This document shows, one piece after another, positions 1 to 11,027 of a stretch of DNA of 64,000 bases. Made by a program: the position numbers and the translations under genes. Every line of letters begins with the position of its first letter. Position 1 is the first letter of the stretch. The notes under the pieces are model-generated. The model searched no databases and was not told the origin of the DNA. It worked only from the letters and a program-made list of their open reading frames with translations. The DNA comes from an uncultured Planctomycetota bacterium (GTDB taxonomy: Bacteria; Planctomycetota; Phycisphaerae; Tepidisphaerales; Tepidisphaeraceae): assembly GCA_963841915.1 (NCBI GenBank), contig CAWJEN010000006.1, forward strand, positions 544,001 through 608,000, written 5' to 3'.

Positions 1-951
1 TTCCCCGACCGCCGCGTCGCGATGGAAGCCGCGTTGGCCCTGGCCCAGGCGCTGCCCACCAAGGCGGTAGAGGGCGGTGAAAATGTCGTTCCGCTGCTCG
101 CCGACGCGTTGAGCCAGACCGGCGAGCCGACGGTGCTGCTGGTCATGGACAACGGCGACGAACGCAACGCCGCCAATGAAGCGTTGACCGAAGCCGGTTA
201 TCGCGTGCAGGACGCAACGAGCGTTCAGGACGTCGTCGCCAAGGCCGACGTGCTGGCAGGCGTCGACGTGCTTGTCATCGACGGCAAGCTGTCGAACCCG
301 AGGGCCATTCTGGAGGCCGCTCGTGGCACGCCCAAGCTTCGAAGCAGCGCCAAGCTGTTCCTGGTCGAGACGGCATCGAGCGAGTTCGGCCGTCTCAGTG
401 AAAGTGACCCGACCGCCGCCATCACGACCGCCCGCGCCAGTCAGGCGCTGGTCGACGCCATTGAGAAGGCTCGCGTCGATGCCGGCGGCCTGCCGCTCGA
501 CGAAGAGGGCGCAACCGCCCTCGCCACCCGGGCTGCCGATCTGCTGATGGATATCGGCCTCGACAGCAGCGTCTACTCGCTCGAAACTGCCCGGCAGCCT
601 TTGCTGGCGAGCCTCGATGACGAACGTCCCGAGATCCGCCAGATGGCGACCAAGATTGTTGCCCAGCTCAGCGGTGCCGAGCCGCAGCAAGCGTTGCTGT
701 CACTCGGTGATGACGCGTCGGCCCCGGACGAGGTGCGCGTGTCGGCCTTCGACGGGCTGGCCTCGAGTGCCAAGCGGTACGGCAACCTGCTCGGTCAGGC
801 TGAGGTCGACACGCTGCTGACCGCCGCGGCAGAGACCGAGTCGCCCGAGGTTCGCGCCGCCGCCGCCAAGGCCGTCGGTGCCTTGTCGCTGCCGGTCGAT
901 CAGGCCCGCCGCCTGATCATCGAAAGCACGCGGACGGCCGACGTGCCGTGA
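1..951 (+). CDS. HEAT-repeat protein with embedded receiver-like (REC) domain; 5' end outside the window
   Basis: Frame is open from base 1 (FPDRRVAMEAALALA). HEAT-like repeats LDDERPEIRQMA, PDEVRVSAFDGL, SPEVRAAAAKAVG; REC-like segment VLLVMDN...AGYRV...DVLVIDG. Confidence 0.6.
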   Translation, partial: FPDRRVAMEAALALAQALPTKAVEGGENVVPLLADALSQTGEPTVLLVMDNGDERNAANEALTEAGYRVQDATSVQDVVAKADVLAGVDVLVIDGKLSNPRAILEAARGTPKLRSSAKLFLVETASSEFGRLSESDPTAAITTARASQALVDAIEKARVDAGGLPLDEEGATALATRAADLLMDIGLDSSVYSLETARQPLLASLDDERPEIRQMATKIVAQLSGAEPQQALLSLGDDASAPDEVRVSAFDGLASSAKRYGNLLGQAEVDTLLTAAAETESPEVRAAAAKAVGALSLPVDQARRLIIESTRTADVP

Positions 952-1129
952 TTCCATCGCGATGCTGAACCGTCTCGAAGCGGGTCGAAGCATGTCGTTG
1001 CCACCTTGTGTGATGCGGCAGGTGCTTCGACCCGCTTCTGTTTCAAGAAGCTCGACGATTCGTCGGCGTCTTCGGCGAGTCGGCACCTTGTCGCCTTTGC
1101 CCGACGCCGATACGGTCAGCAGACCCGAC

Positions 1130-2761
1130 GTGCGCCACTTCAACCGACTCCTGCCGATGTTGGCGACCTTGCTGCTCCTGGCAGCCGGCTGCACGCCGTC
1201 GCACTCGGCCTACGCGGCCACGGATCGCCCGATCATCGACCGCCGCGGCATCGACTTCCCGGCCGGCCTGCAGCTCGAAGTCGCCGCCCGTGGCCTCACT
1301 GCCGCCACCGCTCTCGCCGTCGACGAGGTTGGTGGTTACGTCTTCGTCGGTGACCGCAGCGTCCGCGGCGAAGAGATTCGCGTCGTCCGCTTCGACCCGC
1401 AGTCGGGCCAGGAAGCCGAGATCTATCCGGCTCGCGATGCCGTCGTGAGCTGGTTCGACAAACGCGACCGGCTCTACGCACCCGTCGGTGGCCTGCTCTA
1501 CGACAAGGGCGAGCTCTACGTCACCGCGCGCGACGAAGACGGCCTGGGCGTCATCGTCGCCTTCGACTTGCGGACGTGGCAGCCCAGCGACAACAGGCCA
1601 CCCGTTCGCACTGTCGTCGGTGAACTTCCGGCCCGGGGAGATCACAGCGTCACGTCGCTTGCCCGGCATCCGCTCACCGGCCGTCTCTACTTCGGACTCG
1701 GCAGCGCCACCAACAGCGGCGTCGTCGGCCTCGACAACGCGGCCGGCGGCTGGCTCAAAGGGCACCGCACCTTCCACGACAAACCGCTCGTTCCGCTCAA
1801 ACTCTTCGGTTATCGCTTTGACACCGAGGATCCATTCGGCGGCCTGCTCACGCCCGACAAGGTCAACACGGCACCGTTCCACGCGTTCGGCGCAAGTGGC
1901 CAGCGGGTCGATGCGGCAGACAACTCGAAGCCGACCGCCGCCGTCTACAGCGTCGATCCGCGGGGTGGTGATCTGCGTGTCGAAGCGCATGGTCTGCGGC
2001 ATCCGACGGGTTTGGCGTTCAATGACTTTGCTGCGTTGTACGTGACGAATCAGGGCATGGAGCTGCGGGGCACGCGGCCGGTGCGGGACGATCCGGACGT
2101 GGTGGTCCGCCTGTTCGCCGCCGACGGCAGCGGGTCGGCGACGTGGTATGGGTGGCCCGACTATTCAGCCGATCTGCTGCCGGTGACGATGCGTCGATTC
2201 CAGCCGCCGCGTCAATTACTCGCGCGGACCGGCTACGCGGAATTGAGCTTCCTCATCGACCATGCCGCCAGCGGCAGCGACGACGGCGGCTTGGCAGAGC
2301 CGGACCCCGAGACGCTGCTGACCGCCAGATTCCCACCGCTGAGCGGCGCGTCGGGAACCGCCTTCGTTCCCGAAGACGTGCCGGGATTCGAAGCCTTTGC
2401 CGGTGAATTGGTCGTGGCCCTGCGAGGGGACAGGACGCCGTTCGCCAACAGCGACTATCTGCCGATCCGCGGCAAGCTCGGCCGCCAGGTAACGGCCGTC
2501 GACGTCAACGGCGGGCAGCAGCGCCCGCTCATCTACAACACGGCCGTCGACGGCAAGGGCGAACTGCCGACCGACACGCTCGACCGACCCGTTGCTGTTC
2601 ACTTCGGCCTCGGTGGCCTGTGGGTGCTCGATCAAGGCGTGGTCACCTACGATGACGGCCGCGCCCGCTTCAAGCCGGGCTCGGGCCGGTTGCTCCTGCT
2701 CAGCCAGCCGCAGGTAGCGGTCGAGGCCGAGCCGGTCGAGGCGACGACGCAGCCTCAGTGA
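1130..2761 (+). CDS. Lipoprotein, glucose/sorbosone dehydrogenase-like beta-propeller
   Basis: GTG start gives a signal peptide with lipobox LAAGC. Propeller motifs GRLYFGLGSATNSGVVG, AHGLRHPTGLAF, WYGWPD. Confidence 0.7.
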   Translation: MRHFNRLLPMLATLLLLAAGCTPSHSAYAATDRPIIDRRGIDFPAGLQLEVAARGLTAATALAVDEVGGYVFVGDRSVRGEEIRVVRFDPQSGQEAEIYPARDAVVSWFDKRDRLYAPVGGLLYDKGELYVTARDEDGLGVIVAFDLRTWQPSDNRPPVRTVVGELPARGDHSVTSLARHPLTGRLYFGLGSATNSGVVGLDNAAGGWLKGHRTFHDKPLVPLKLFGYRFDTEDPFGGLLTPDKVNTAPFHAFGASGQRVDAADNSKPTAAVYSVDPRGGDLRVEAHGLRHPTGLAFNDFAALYVTNQGMELRGTRPVRDDPDVVVRLFAADGSGSATWYGWPDYSADLLPVTMRRFQPPRQLLARTGYAELSFLIDHAASGSDDGGLAEPDPETLLTARFPPLSGASGTAFVPEDVPGFEAFAGELVVALRGDRTPFANSDYLPIRGKLGRQVTAVDVNGGQQRPLIYNTAVDGKGELPTDTLDRPVAVHFGLGGLWVLDQGVVTYDDGRARFKPGSGRLLLLSQPQVAVEAEPVEATTQPQ

Positions 2762-2780
2762 GATAGTCTGTAGCAGCAGT

Positions 2781-5291
2781 TCAGCGTTTGCTGCTTTTAC
2801 CAAAGCTGTTGGCCGTCCACAGCACCGGCGGCCTCGCCAGGTCGTCGACGCTCAAGAACGCTTCACCCGTGATGCGGAACTTGGCCGTTTCGCCAGGTAG
2901 TAGCGTCACGCACGCGTCGCTTACTTCCACGTCCTTGTCCAGCCGGTCGGCGAACACGCACAAGTCGCGGACCAGCGTCCCGGCGGTGACGGCGAAAATG
3001 TAGTGGCCGTCCTTCTCGTAACCGTCGTAAGCAAAGGCAGGCGGCGCGTAGTCGAGCTCCTTATCAGGGGCAAACCACCACCAGCCACGCTCGCCACCCG
3101 GCAGGCTTGCCACAAGGGCCGTGTCGCGACGGCCGTGCATGTCGCGGGGCACGAGGAACCGCCCGACGCCGCGTGGCTCGATCGTCATCGTCTCCTTGTG
3201 CACCGCGATCGGCTCGCCCCGCACATCGACCTGTTTCAGCACGCACTCGCCGCTCCAGAGGTCGTCGGTGTCGTTGACGCCGTAGACCGCCAGCGCGTCG
3301 GTGCTCCCGACCCGACGCGGCTTGATCGTGACGATGCGCGGGGCAAAGAACCGCCGCGTCGCGTGGTAGAGCGGCTTCTTGCCACCTTTTGAGTCGAGGG
3401 CTGACCAGGAGCTGACGGGGTAGCAGTCGTTGTACTGCCAGTAGACCGCGCCGCTGCACCAGGGCGACAATGCCCGGAACCACTCGATGCCCAACGACAG
3501 CGCCCGCGCCTGCATGACCTGGGCGAGGTAGCAGAACGCGTCGAAGTCGTGGTCAGGTGGCACGAAGTCGTCGGCCATCCGGTGCCGCGTCTGCACCTGA
3601 CCGTCACGGCCGTTCTTGTTGTGCAGGGTCATGACGACGCTGTGCCAATGCCGTTCCTCGGGCGGGATGGCCTCGCTGAGCGTCGGCCAGGTCGGCGGCC
3701 CGTGGTAGCCGAACTCGGTCGCCATCCGCGGGTAGTGGGCGAGGTAGTTGCGGTACTCGCCCGGGCCATGCCAGACGTCCCAGATGTGCCGGTTACCGAA
3801 CTCGTTGGCATTAGGGTGCCGTTGGGGCGTGCCGCTGTACGGGCTGCCGGGCCAGTAGGGCGTGGCCGGGTCGAGTTCGGCGACGATTTTTGGCAGCAGG
3901 TCGAAGTAGTACCCATCGCCCCAGCCGATGCCTTGCCCGCTGAGCTTTTGGTACTCAGGCTTGTCAGCGTGGAACCACAAGTTCTCGTTGTTGCCGTTCC
4001 AGACGACGACGCTCGGGTGCCTGCAGAGCCGGCTGACATTGTGCCGGGCCTCCCGTTCCACGTTGCTGCGGTACGGCTCGAGCTCTGGGTAGGTCGAGCA
4101 GGCGAACAGGAAGTCCTGCCAGACCATCACGCCCAGTTCGTCGCAGGTCTCGTAGAAAGCATCGTCTTCGTACAACCCACCGCCCCAGACGCGGAGCAGG
4201 TTCATGTGAACCTCGCACGCCGTCTCGATGCGATGGCGGTACCGTTCTGCCGTGACACGATGCGGGAAGCAGTCGTCGGGGATCCAGTTAGCACCCTTGG
4301 CAAAGACGCGACGTTCGTTGACGTAGATCGCCATCTGCTCGCCCATCTTGTCGGCGATGGGTTCGCCGACGGGTCCGGCATCGGGTGTGGTGTCGATGCG
4401 GACGGTGCGTAGGCCGACGCGGTGGCTTGTCGTGGTGCCGTCGGGCAGCGAGACGTCGAGCGTGTAGAGGTTGGAATTGCCGTAGCCGCGCGGGAACCAG
4501 CGGGCGGGGCGGTCGATGGTGAACGTGATCGGGCTGCTGCCTTCAAACTCGAGCGACTGGTCGAAGCCATGGCCGTAAAGTCTTGCCGTGATCGCAAGTC
4601 GCTCACCCTCGGCGTCGACAAGCACGTCGAGCACCGCCCGCTCGGCAGTGGCCTGTCGGACGATCGGGCGGACGAAGTCGATGCGGGTCTTGTCCCACGC
4701 CTCCAGCCGGATCGATCGCCAGACGCCGCTGGTGACGACCGTCGGCCCCCAGTCCCAGCCCATGTTGCACGCCATCTTCCGCAACATGTTGTGAGGCAAC
4801 GGCGTGCCACGCTGCCCGCCGTCCACCGGATATCCCGGATAGACGTCCCGCGCCAGCCGCTCGGCCTCGGGCACGGGGGCGAGGAAGTCGATCACGAGGT
4901 CGTTGCTGCCGGGCCGCAGGGCGGCTTTGGCATCGAAGCGGTGGGCGACGTGCATGTTGTCGCTCGTGCCGATGTGTGTGCCGTTGAGCGTGAGCGTCGC
5001 CAGCGTGTCAAGGCCGTCGCAGGCGAGATCGACGTGCTGGGCGGTGAAGTCGGCCGGCAGCTCGAAGGAGCAGGTGTACCGCCAATTCGTACGGCCGATC
5101 CAGAACTGGTGCAGCTCGTTGTCGCTGGAATACGGATCCTCCAACAGACCGGCGGCCATGAGATCTGTGTGGACGCAGCCGGGCACCGTGGCCGGAATGT
5201 CGCCCGCGTCACGGACGGCCTCTGGAACGTCGTGCAGATTGTCCGTCGGGCGGACGGTCCAGGTGGCGGCGGTGAGGTCGAGGATCGGCAT
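2781..5291 (-). CDS. Beta-mannosidase, glycoside hydrolase family 2
   Basis: GWDWGP, KGANWIPDD, MNLLRVWGGG, VWQDFLFAC, WNGNNEN (acid/base), TEFG (nucleophile). Confidence 0.9.
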   Translation of the reverse strand: MPILDLTAATWTVRPTDNLHDVPEAVRDAGDIPATVPGCVHTDLMAAGLLEDPYSSDNELHQFWIGRTNWRYTCSFELPADFTAQHVDLACDGLDTLATLTLNGTHIGTSDNMHVAHRFDAKAALRPGSNDLVIDFLAPVPEAERLARDVYPGYPVDGGQRGTPLPHNMLRKMACNMGWDWGPTVVTSGVWRSIRLEAWDKTRIDFVRPIVRQATAERAVLDVLVDAEGERLAITARLYGHGFDQSLEFEGSSPITFTIDRPARWFPRGYGNSNLYTLDVSLPDGTTTSHRVGLRTVRIDTTPDAGPVGEPIADKMGEQMAIYVNERRVFAKGANWIPDDCFPHRVTAERYRHRIETACEVHMNLLRVWGGGLYEDDAFYETCDELGVMVWQDFLFACSTYPELEPYRSNVEREARHNVSRLCRHPSVVVWNGNNENLWFHADKPEYQKLSGQGIGWGDGYYFDLLPKIVAELDPATPYWPGSPYSGTPQRHPNANEFGNRHIWDVWHGPGEYRNYLAHYPRMATEFGYHGPPTWPTLSEAIPPEERHWHSVVMTLHNKNGRDGQVQTRHRMADDFVPPDHDFDAFCYLAQVMQARALSLGIEWFRALSPWCSGAVYWQYNDCYPVSSWSALDSKGGKKPLYHATRRFFAPRIVTIKPRRVGSTDALAVYGVNDTDDLWSGECVLKQVDVRGEPIAVHKETMTIEPRGVGRFLVPRDMHGRRDTALVASLPGGERGWWWFAPDKELDYAPPAFAYDGYEKDGHYIFAVTAGTLVRDLCVFADRLDKDVEVSDACVTLLPGETAKFRITGEAFLSVDDLARPPVLWTANSFGKSSKR

Positions 5292-5574
5292 CGTCTGACG
5301 AGAGCTTAAACAAGCCGGCATGCGATCGTCACAGGAACGTGCTGCGTGAAGGTTAAGCTGGGCGGTTCAGGTGGCCGATGTTGTCTGGGCGACTTGGCGG
5401 CGCACGTTGTGCCGCGATAGGCTCTTCGGCTCGGCCGAATCCGCAGACGGTCGACGCTCGAACCCCACGCATCGGCCGCAGCCGACGTTTCCCACGTTCA
5501 CCAGTCGGCCTAATTTCACGGATCAAAGAGCCCATGAGCGTCAGCACGGATCAGCAGCAGGCGAGGCAGCTTCG

Positions 5575-6138
5575 ATGAAACAGATCTACACGACTGGTGA
5601 AGCCGCCGACGTCTGCAAGGTCAGTCAGCAAACCATCATCCGCTGCTTCGATGCAGGCCGCCTCAAAGGGTTTCGCGTTCCGGGTAGTAAGTTCCGCCGC
5701 ATCCCGCACGACGCCCTCGTCGAGTTCATGCGGACCAACGGCATCCCTGAAGATAATCTCAACGGCGGTAAACAACGCGTGCTCGTCGTCGACGACGACC
5801 CCGAAATCGTCGAGCTTTTCTGCGACGTCCTCGACCGGGACGGCCGCTTTGAAGTGCACTCGGCTGGCACCGGGTACGAAGCAGGCCTGCTCACCAGCGA
5901 GCTCAAGCCTGACCTGATTCTGCTCGACTACCTCTTGCCCGACATCAACGGCAATGCCGTCTGTGCCGCAATTCGCAGCAAGCCGGAACTGAGCGAAACC
6001 AAGATCATCGTCGTCAGCGGCGCGATCGAGTCGGCCGAGATCGAAGATCTGCTCGCTGCCGGTGCCAACGACTTCGTCCGTAAGCCGTTCGACATCGAAC
6101 AGCTTGTCGGCAAAGTGGCCGACATGCTGGGCGTTTAA
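5575..6138 (+). CDS. Response regulator with N-terminal excisionase/MerR-like HTH and C-terminal REC domain
   Basis: MKQIYTTGEAADVCKVSQQTIIRCFD...RVPGSKFRRIP, then VLVVDDD, LLDYLLPD, KPF. Confidence 0.88.
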   Translation: MKQIYTTGEAADVCKVSQQTIIRCFDAGRLKGFRVPGSKFRRIPHDALVEFMRTNGIPEDNLNGGKQRVLVVDDDPEIVELFCDVLDRDGRFEVHSAGTGYEAGLLTSELKPDLILLDYLLPDINGNAVCAAIRSKPELSETKIIVVSGAIESAEIEDLLAAGANDFVRKPFDIEQLVGKVADMLGV

Positions 6139-6158
6139 GGCCTTCATCAACGCAAGAC

Positions 6159-6189
6159 ACCGGCCCGAACGCGTCGCGTCCGGGCCGGT
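6159..6189. terminator. Hairpin between the convergent regulator and recA genes
   Basis: accggcccg...cgggccggt inverted repeat. Confidence 0.55.
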
Positions 6190-6219
6190 ATTCGTGCAGC
6201 GGCACTTTCTATCGGCGGC

Positions 6220-7350
<1,131 letters not shown>

Positions 7351-7631
7351 GTCTTGGGAATCTTTCGTGCCGGGTCTCTACCCGCTCGCGTCGGCATGGG
7401 AGCCGCGTCGGGTCAGCCGGCAGGATGTCGTGACTGTGGGGGATCGGCTGTGCATCCGGTTGCACGGGGCGGTCGCCGGGCGAGGACGCGCGAGACGCCT
7501 CTGCCGACGATGGCCCATACCGATGCCGAGCTGGGCGGAAGTCACGTCCGCCATCGCCCGGCCATCTCTGTACGGCGGAGGTTAGGGGGAAGATCGACCG
7601 AACGCAAGAAGAAAATCTATCGGGCGGAAAT

Positions 7632-7762
7632 CCAGAGGAACGCGAAGGCAAGGAGGAGCGAAGGTCCGCAAAGCAGGAGAAGAAGGGGTCAGAGTTTCTC
7701 TCTCTGATCCTTCTGGCATTCTTTGCGGACCTTCGCTCCTTCGCGCTTTCGCGTTCCTCTGG
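7632..7762. repeat. Palindromic element, copy 1 (GCGAAG-unit family)
   Basis: ccagaggaacgcgaa pairs with ttcgcgttcctctgg; aggagcgaaggtccgcaaag (7654-7673) is the exact reverse complement of 7721-7740; inner stem agaagg..tcagag/ctctga..ccttct. Confidence 0.85.
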
Positions 7763-7769
7763 GCGACAC

Positions 7770-9032
7770 TCACCGCACGCCGTTGTACAGGAACAGCATC
7801 CGTGGCGACGACGCCTCGTGCAGCAACTCCACGGCCAGCGACTTGGCCGACTCGGCGTCGAGCTTCAGCTCCGGTGCCGTCGCCAGGCCAAGTGCCTCCA
7901 AAGCCGTCGGTTGGCGGTCGTAGCGGACGATGTGCGGCTTGGTCAAACCGGCCGTTGTGGCGGCAAATCCTGTCGCGTCATCAAGAAAGCCCAACTGGTC
8001 GACCAACCCTAGATCAACCGCCCGCTGGCCGACGAAGACAGCGCCGCTGGCGACTTCGTCAAGTGTCGCGCCTGCCGACGTGATCTGCCCGCCGCGACCC
8101 GCTTCGACGACAGCGCGGAACAGGTCGTACTGCTCGTTCAACAATGCTTTGACGTCGCTCAAATCCTGTTCGTCGGGCTCGGCGAAGGTGTCGAGGAAGT
8201 CCTTCCGCGGCGAGCCGTCGGCGACGATCGTCTGCAGCTTGATGCCCGTTTTCTCCGCAAAACCGCTCAACTGCGGGTACTGGATCAACACGCCGATGCT
8301 GCCGGTGATGGTCGTCTCCTCGGCAAAGATGGTGTCGGCGGCGCAGGCGATGTAGTACCCGCCGCTGGCGGCAACGTCGTCGAAGTGGACGATGACCGGC
8401 ACTTGTTTGTCAGCCTTGAAGTCGAGCAACGCCTGGTACATCTGGTTGCTGTCGGTCACGGTGCCGCCCGGGCTGCTGACGTCGATGACGATCGCCTTGA
8501 CGTTGTTGTCCTTTGCCGCCGTCGCCAGGTGGCGGCGAAACAGCTTTTCCGTCTCGTCGACGATGAGGCCACGCACGGGAATGACGGCCACGGTTTCGGC
8601 GCGGTCACCGGTGGACACGACGTTTTGCACCACCGCGTCCGTGCTGCTCGAGCTGGCCGCGCCGACGACGGCGGCGATCAGAAACAGCCCGACGAGCACG
8701 ATGCCCACGAACGTTCCGACCGCCAGGAGCGTCAGCAGGATGGGTCGCCACTTGTTCGGCTTCTTGGGCGGCATGCCGTACCCGCCGGGCATCGGGGCAA
8801 ACCCCATCGGCGGAAACCCGGGTGGGGGCGGTGGCGGAAATCCTGGTGGACGCGGTGGCATCTGACCCGCCTGAGGTGGTGTCGGTGCACCGCGCGGCGG
8901 TGGGGCCTGGCCTGTAATCGGTGGCATCGGTGGTGAGCCCGGTGGACGCAACGCCCCACGCGGATCAACCGGTGGTTGCCCCGCACCCGGTGGCGGCGGA
9001 ACGGGTGCGCCTTCTTCGTGCTGCGTCGACAT
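7770..9032 (-). CDS. sppA: Signal peptide peptidase SppA (36K/S49 type) with Pro-rich N-terminal tail
   Basis: VSSPGG, AASGGYYIA, TGSIGV, GLVDQLG; single TM helix after a poly-Pro region. Confidence 0.88.
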   Translation of the reverse strand: MSTQHEEGAPVPPPPGAGQPPVDPRGALRPPGSPPMPPITGQAPPPRGAPTPPQAGQMPPRPPGFPPPPPPGFPPMGFAPMPGGYGMPPKKPNKWRPILLTLLAVGTFVGIVLVGLFLIAAVVGAASSSSTDAVVQNVVSTGDRAETVAVIPVRGLIVDETEKLFRRHLATAAKDNNVKAIVIDVSSPGGTVTDSNQMYQALLDFKADKQVPVIVHFDDVAASGGYYIACAADTIFAEETTITGSIGVLIQYPQLSGFAEKTGIKLQTIVADGSPRKDFLDTFAEPDEQDLSDVKALLNEQYDLFRAVVEAGRGGQITSAGATLDEVASGAVFVGQRAVDLGLVDQLGFLDDATGFAATTAGLTKPHIVRYDRQPTALEALGLATAPELKLDAESAKSLAVELLHEASSPRMLFLYNGVR

Positions 9033-9256
9033 CGCCTTCACGATAGCGCGCCCGCAATGCTCCTCTTCGTCATTAACAGGGCAGCGAAGCCGATCGACTT
9101 CGTCGGCGACGCACGACGGGGCGTTGGGCATGAACTGCGCCAGTGGGCAAGGTGCCTCGGCTGCGCCCGGGATGGCCGATAGTTACTTCGCGGTGTGTCC
9201 CGGGCGGGTGCGCACGCCGATCACCGACCCGGAGCACCGTCGAGACTGACGAGCCC

Positions 9257-10618
9257 TCAGCGTCGCAATTGCTCCAACAACGCCTGACCCGCGGCGGCGG
9301 CTCGCCAACCGCTCAGGACCGGAAGGTCCTCCATCGCCTCGCCCCGGCTCATCTGCCGCACGACCGTCTCGACGTCTCGGCGGCTGGCGAGCAGGTTCGG
9401 GTCGAGCCCTTTGGCGTACGCGATGCTTTGTAAGATCGCCCACGCGGCGTCCGTGTCGAACTTGTCCCGCAGCGTCGGCTCGTAAGGCTCATTCTCGTGG
9501 TCCTCGCGGTCGGCGTCCAATCCGCGAGCCACCGCATCGAGCATCATCTGCCCGTACTCCTCGGCAATCGGGCGTGGCATGTGCCGAATTTCGGCCAGCG
9601 ACTTGATCGACTTGGGCGGGTGACGGGCGATGCCGACCAGCACTTCGTCCTTGACCACCGCCCGCGGCGGCAGGTCCATCGCGCGGGCGGTCGTGTCTCG
9701 CCACGTCGCCAGTTCTCGAACGATCGGCCGCCCGTGACCGTTCAGCCCGCTGTACCCCTTGAGCCGCGCCCACGGTGCCTCGTTGACGTCGTGAAGCGCC
9801 TTGCGGCACCGACGCTCACACTCGGCGACCGCCCAGTCGTGTCGCTCGTCATCAAGCTGGCTCTCGATCCAGCTCAAGATGAGCGGCAAATACCGCACGT
9901 CGTCGGCGGCGTAGCTGAGCTGCTTGCCGCTGAGCGGCCGCTCGTCCCACTGGGTGAACGTGTAGCCCTTGCCCAGCTTGAGTCCGCCGTCCGGATCGAT
10001 GCCATCGATGGCGACGGTCGAGACGTACTCGACGAGCTTGCCGAGGCTCGCCGGGAAGGGCAGGCCGCAGAAGCCGGCAGCGATCTGCGTGTCCCAGACG
10101 TTGGCCGGGGCTTTGCCGGTCAGCCGTGCGACGGGACCCAGATCCTGCTCGCCGGCATGAACGATCTTTTCGATCGCCGGATCGACCATGAGCTGCCAGA
10201 ACGGCGTCAGGTCGATTTCGGCAAGCGGATCGATGAGTGCGACCTGCCGAGGCGTGGCGACCTGTATCAGGCAGAGCTTGGGGTCGTAGGTCGACTCACC
10301 GATGAATTCGGTGTCGAAGGCGAAGCGGGCCGGGCTGCCGTCGTCACCGGGTCTGGCGAGGTCTTCGAGCACGGCCGAAAGGGCCTCAGTGTCGCTGATC
10401 AGGCTGGCCTTGCCGGTCGGAACGAGTCTGTTTTCGCCGAGTTGCTTCTTGACGCCACGCCGTTTGAGTTCGTCAGCCGGGTTGCTGTGGGCTTCTTCGT
10501 GCCTGCCGCGGCGGTGTCGTGAGCGCACGCTGCGGAGTCGGTCGGCCACACGTTCCATGCTCGCATCGCTGGGCGATGAGACGTCGGATGGGCGAGGATC
10601 AAGTTTGGCTTCAGACAC
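9257..10618 (-). CDS. rnd: Ribonuclease D (3'-5' exonuclease plus HRDC domain)
   Basis: AFDTEF, LCLIQVAT, WDTQIAAG, WDERPLS, YAADDV, WRDTTARAMDLPP. Start (GTG 10618 or ATG 10558) uncertain. Confidence 0.88.
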   Translation of the reverse strand: MSEAKLDPRPSDVSSPSDASMERVADRLRSVRSRHRRGRHEEAHSNPADELKRRGVKKQLGENRLVPTGKASLISDTEALSAVLEDLARPGDDGSPARFAFDTEFIGESTYDPKLCLIQVATPRQVALIDPLAEIDLTPFWQLMVDPAIEKIVHAGEQDLGPVARLTGKAPANVWDTQIAAGFCGLPFPASLGKLVEYVSTVAIDGIDPDGGLKLGKGYTFTQWDERPLSGKQLSYAADDVRYLPLILSWIESQLDDERHDWAVAECERRCRKALHDVNEAPWARLKGYSGLNGHGRPIVRELATWRDTTARAMDLPPRAVVKDEVLVGIARHPPKSIKSLAEIRHMPRPIAEEYGQMMLDAVARGLDADREDHENEPYEPTLRDKFDTDAAWAILQSIAYAKGLDPNLLASRRDVETVVRQMSRGEAMEDLPVLSGWRAAAAGQALLEQLRR

Positions 10619-10751
10619 AGCAAAACAGGGCACAGCCGGCCGGGCCGCCGGCACCACGTCAGGAATGCCACGCCCGAGTGGGTGCAGCAGCTTTAACCTA
10701 ATCCCAATCTGCCCGATATGCAAACGGCCAAACGGGCCGCCAGCCGTGCCC

Positions 10752-10992
10752 AAGATGCCACGCCCCACAAGGTGCCACGGCCTAGAAGGTGCCACGGCCC
10801 ACAAGGTGCCACGGCTCGTGCCGCGTTCTGACGCGGCCGACCGGTGTCGGGGAGGGCGTTGGCCGAACACGGTCTCGGACACGGGTTGCCCGCCGCAGAC
10901 GGCGGCTCAATCCGTGGCACCAAGGCGGCCCAAACCGGGTCACCGGGGCGGCTCCATCCGTGGCACCAAGGCGGCTCAAACCGGGGCACCCC
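10752..10992. repeat. Two facing REP-like tandem arrays (4x17 bp and 4x23 bp)
   Basis: aaggtgccacggc-type units at 10752, 10769, 10786, 10803; ggcggctcaatccgtggcaccaa-type units at 10901, 10924, 10947, 10970. Core GGTGCCACGG is inverted to CCGTGGCACC. Confidence 0.85.
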
Positions 10993-11027
10993 GGCAGGAT
11001 CCGGGCGTCTGCAAGCCGTCCGGTGGG

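Noticed and set aside
7351..7620. LexA/SOS box upstream of recA
   Set aside because: No palindrome matching a LexA motif I can support.
9257..10882. Long N-terminal extensions in the ORF track (rnd, 962, 5371, 15054, 17942, 57665, 58248)
   Set aside because: They run through repeats or promoter DNA; downstream starts give family-typical N-termini.
10752..10992. Possible CRISPR array
   Set aside because: Units are contiguous with no unique spacers, are too short, and no cas genes are present.
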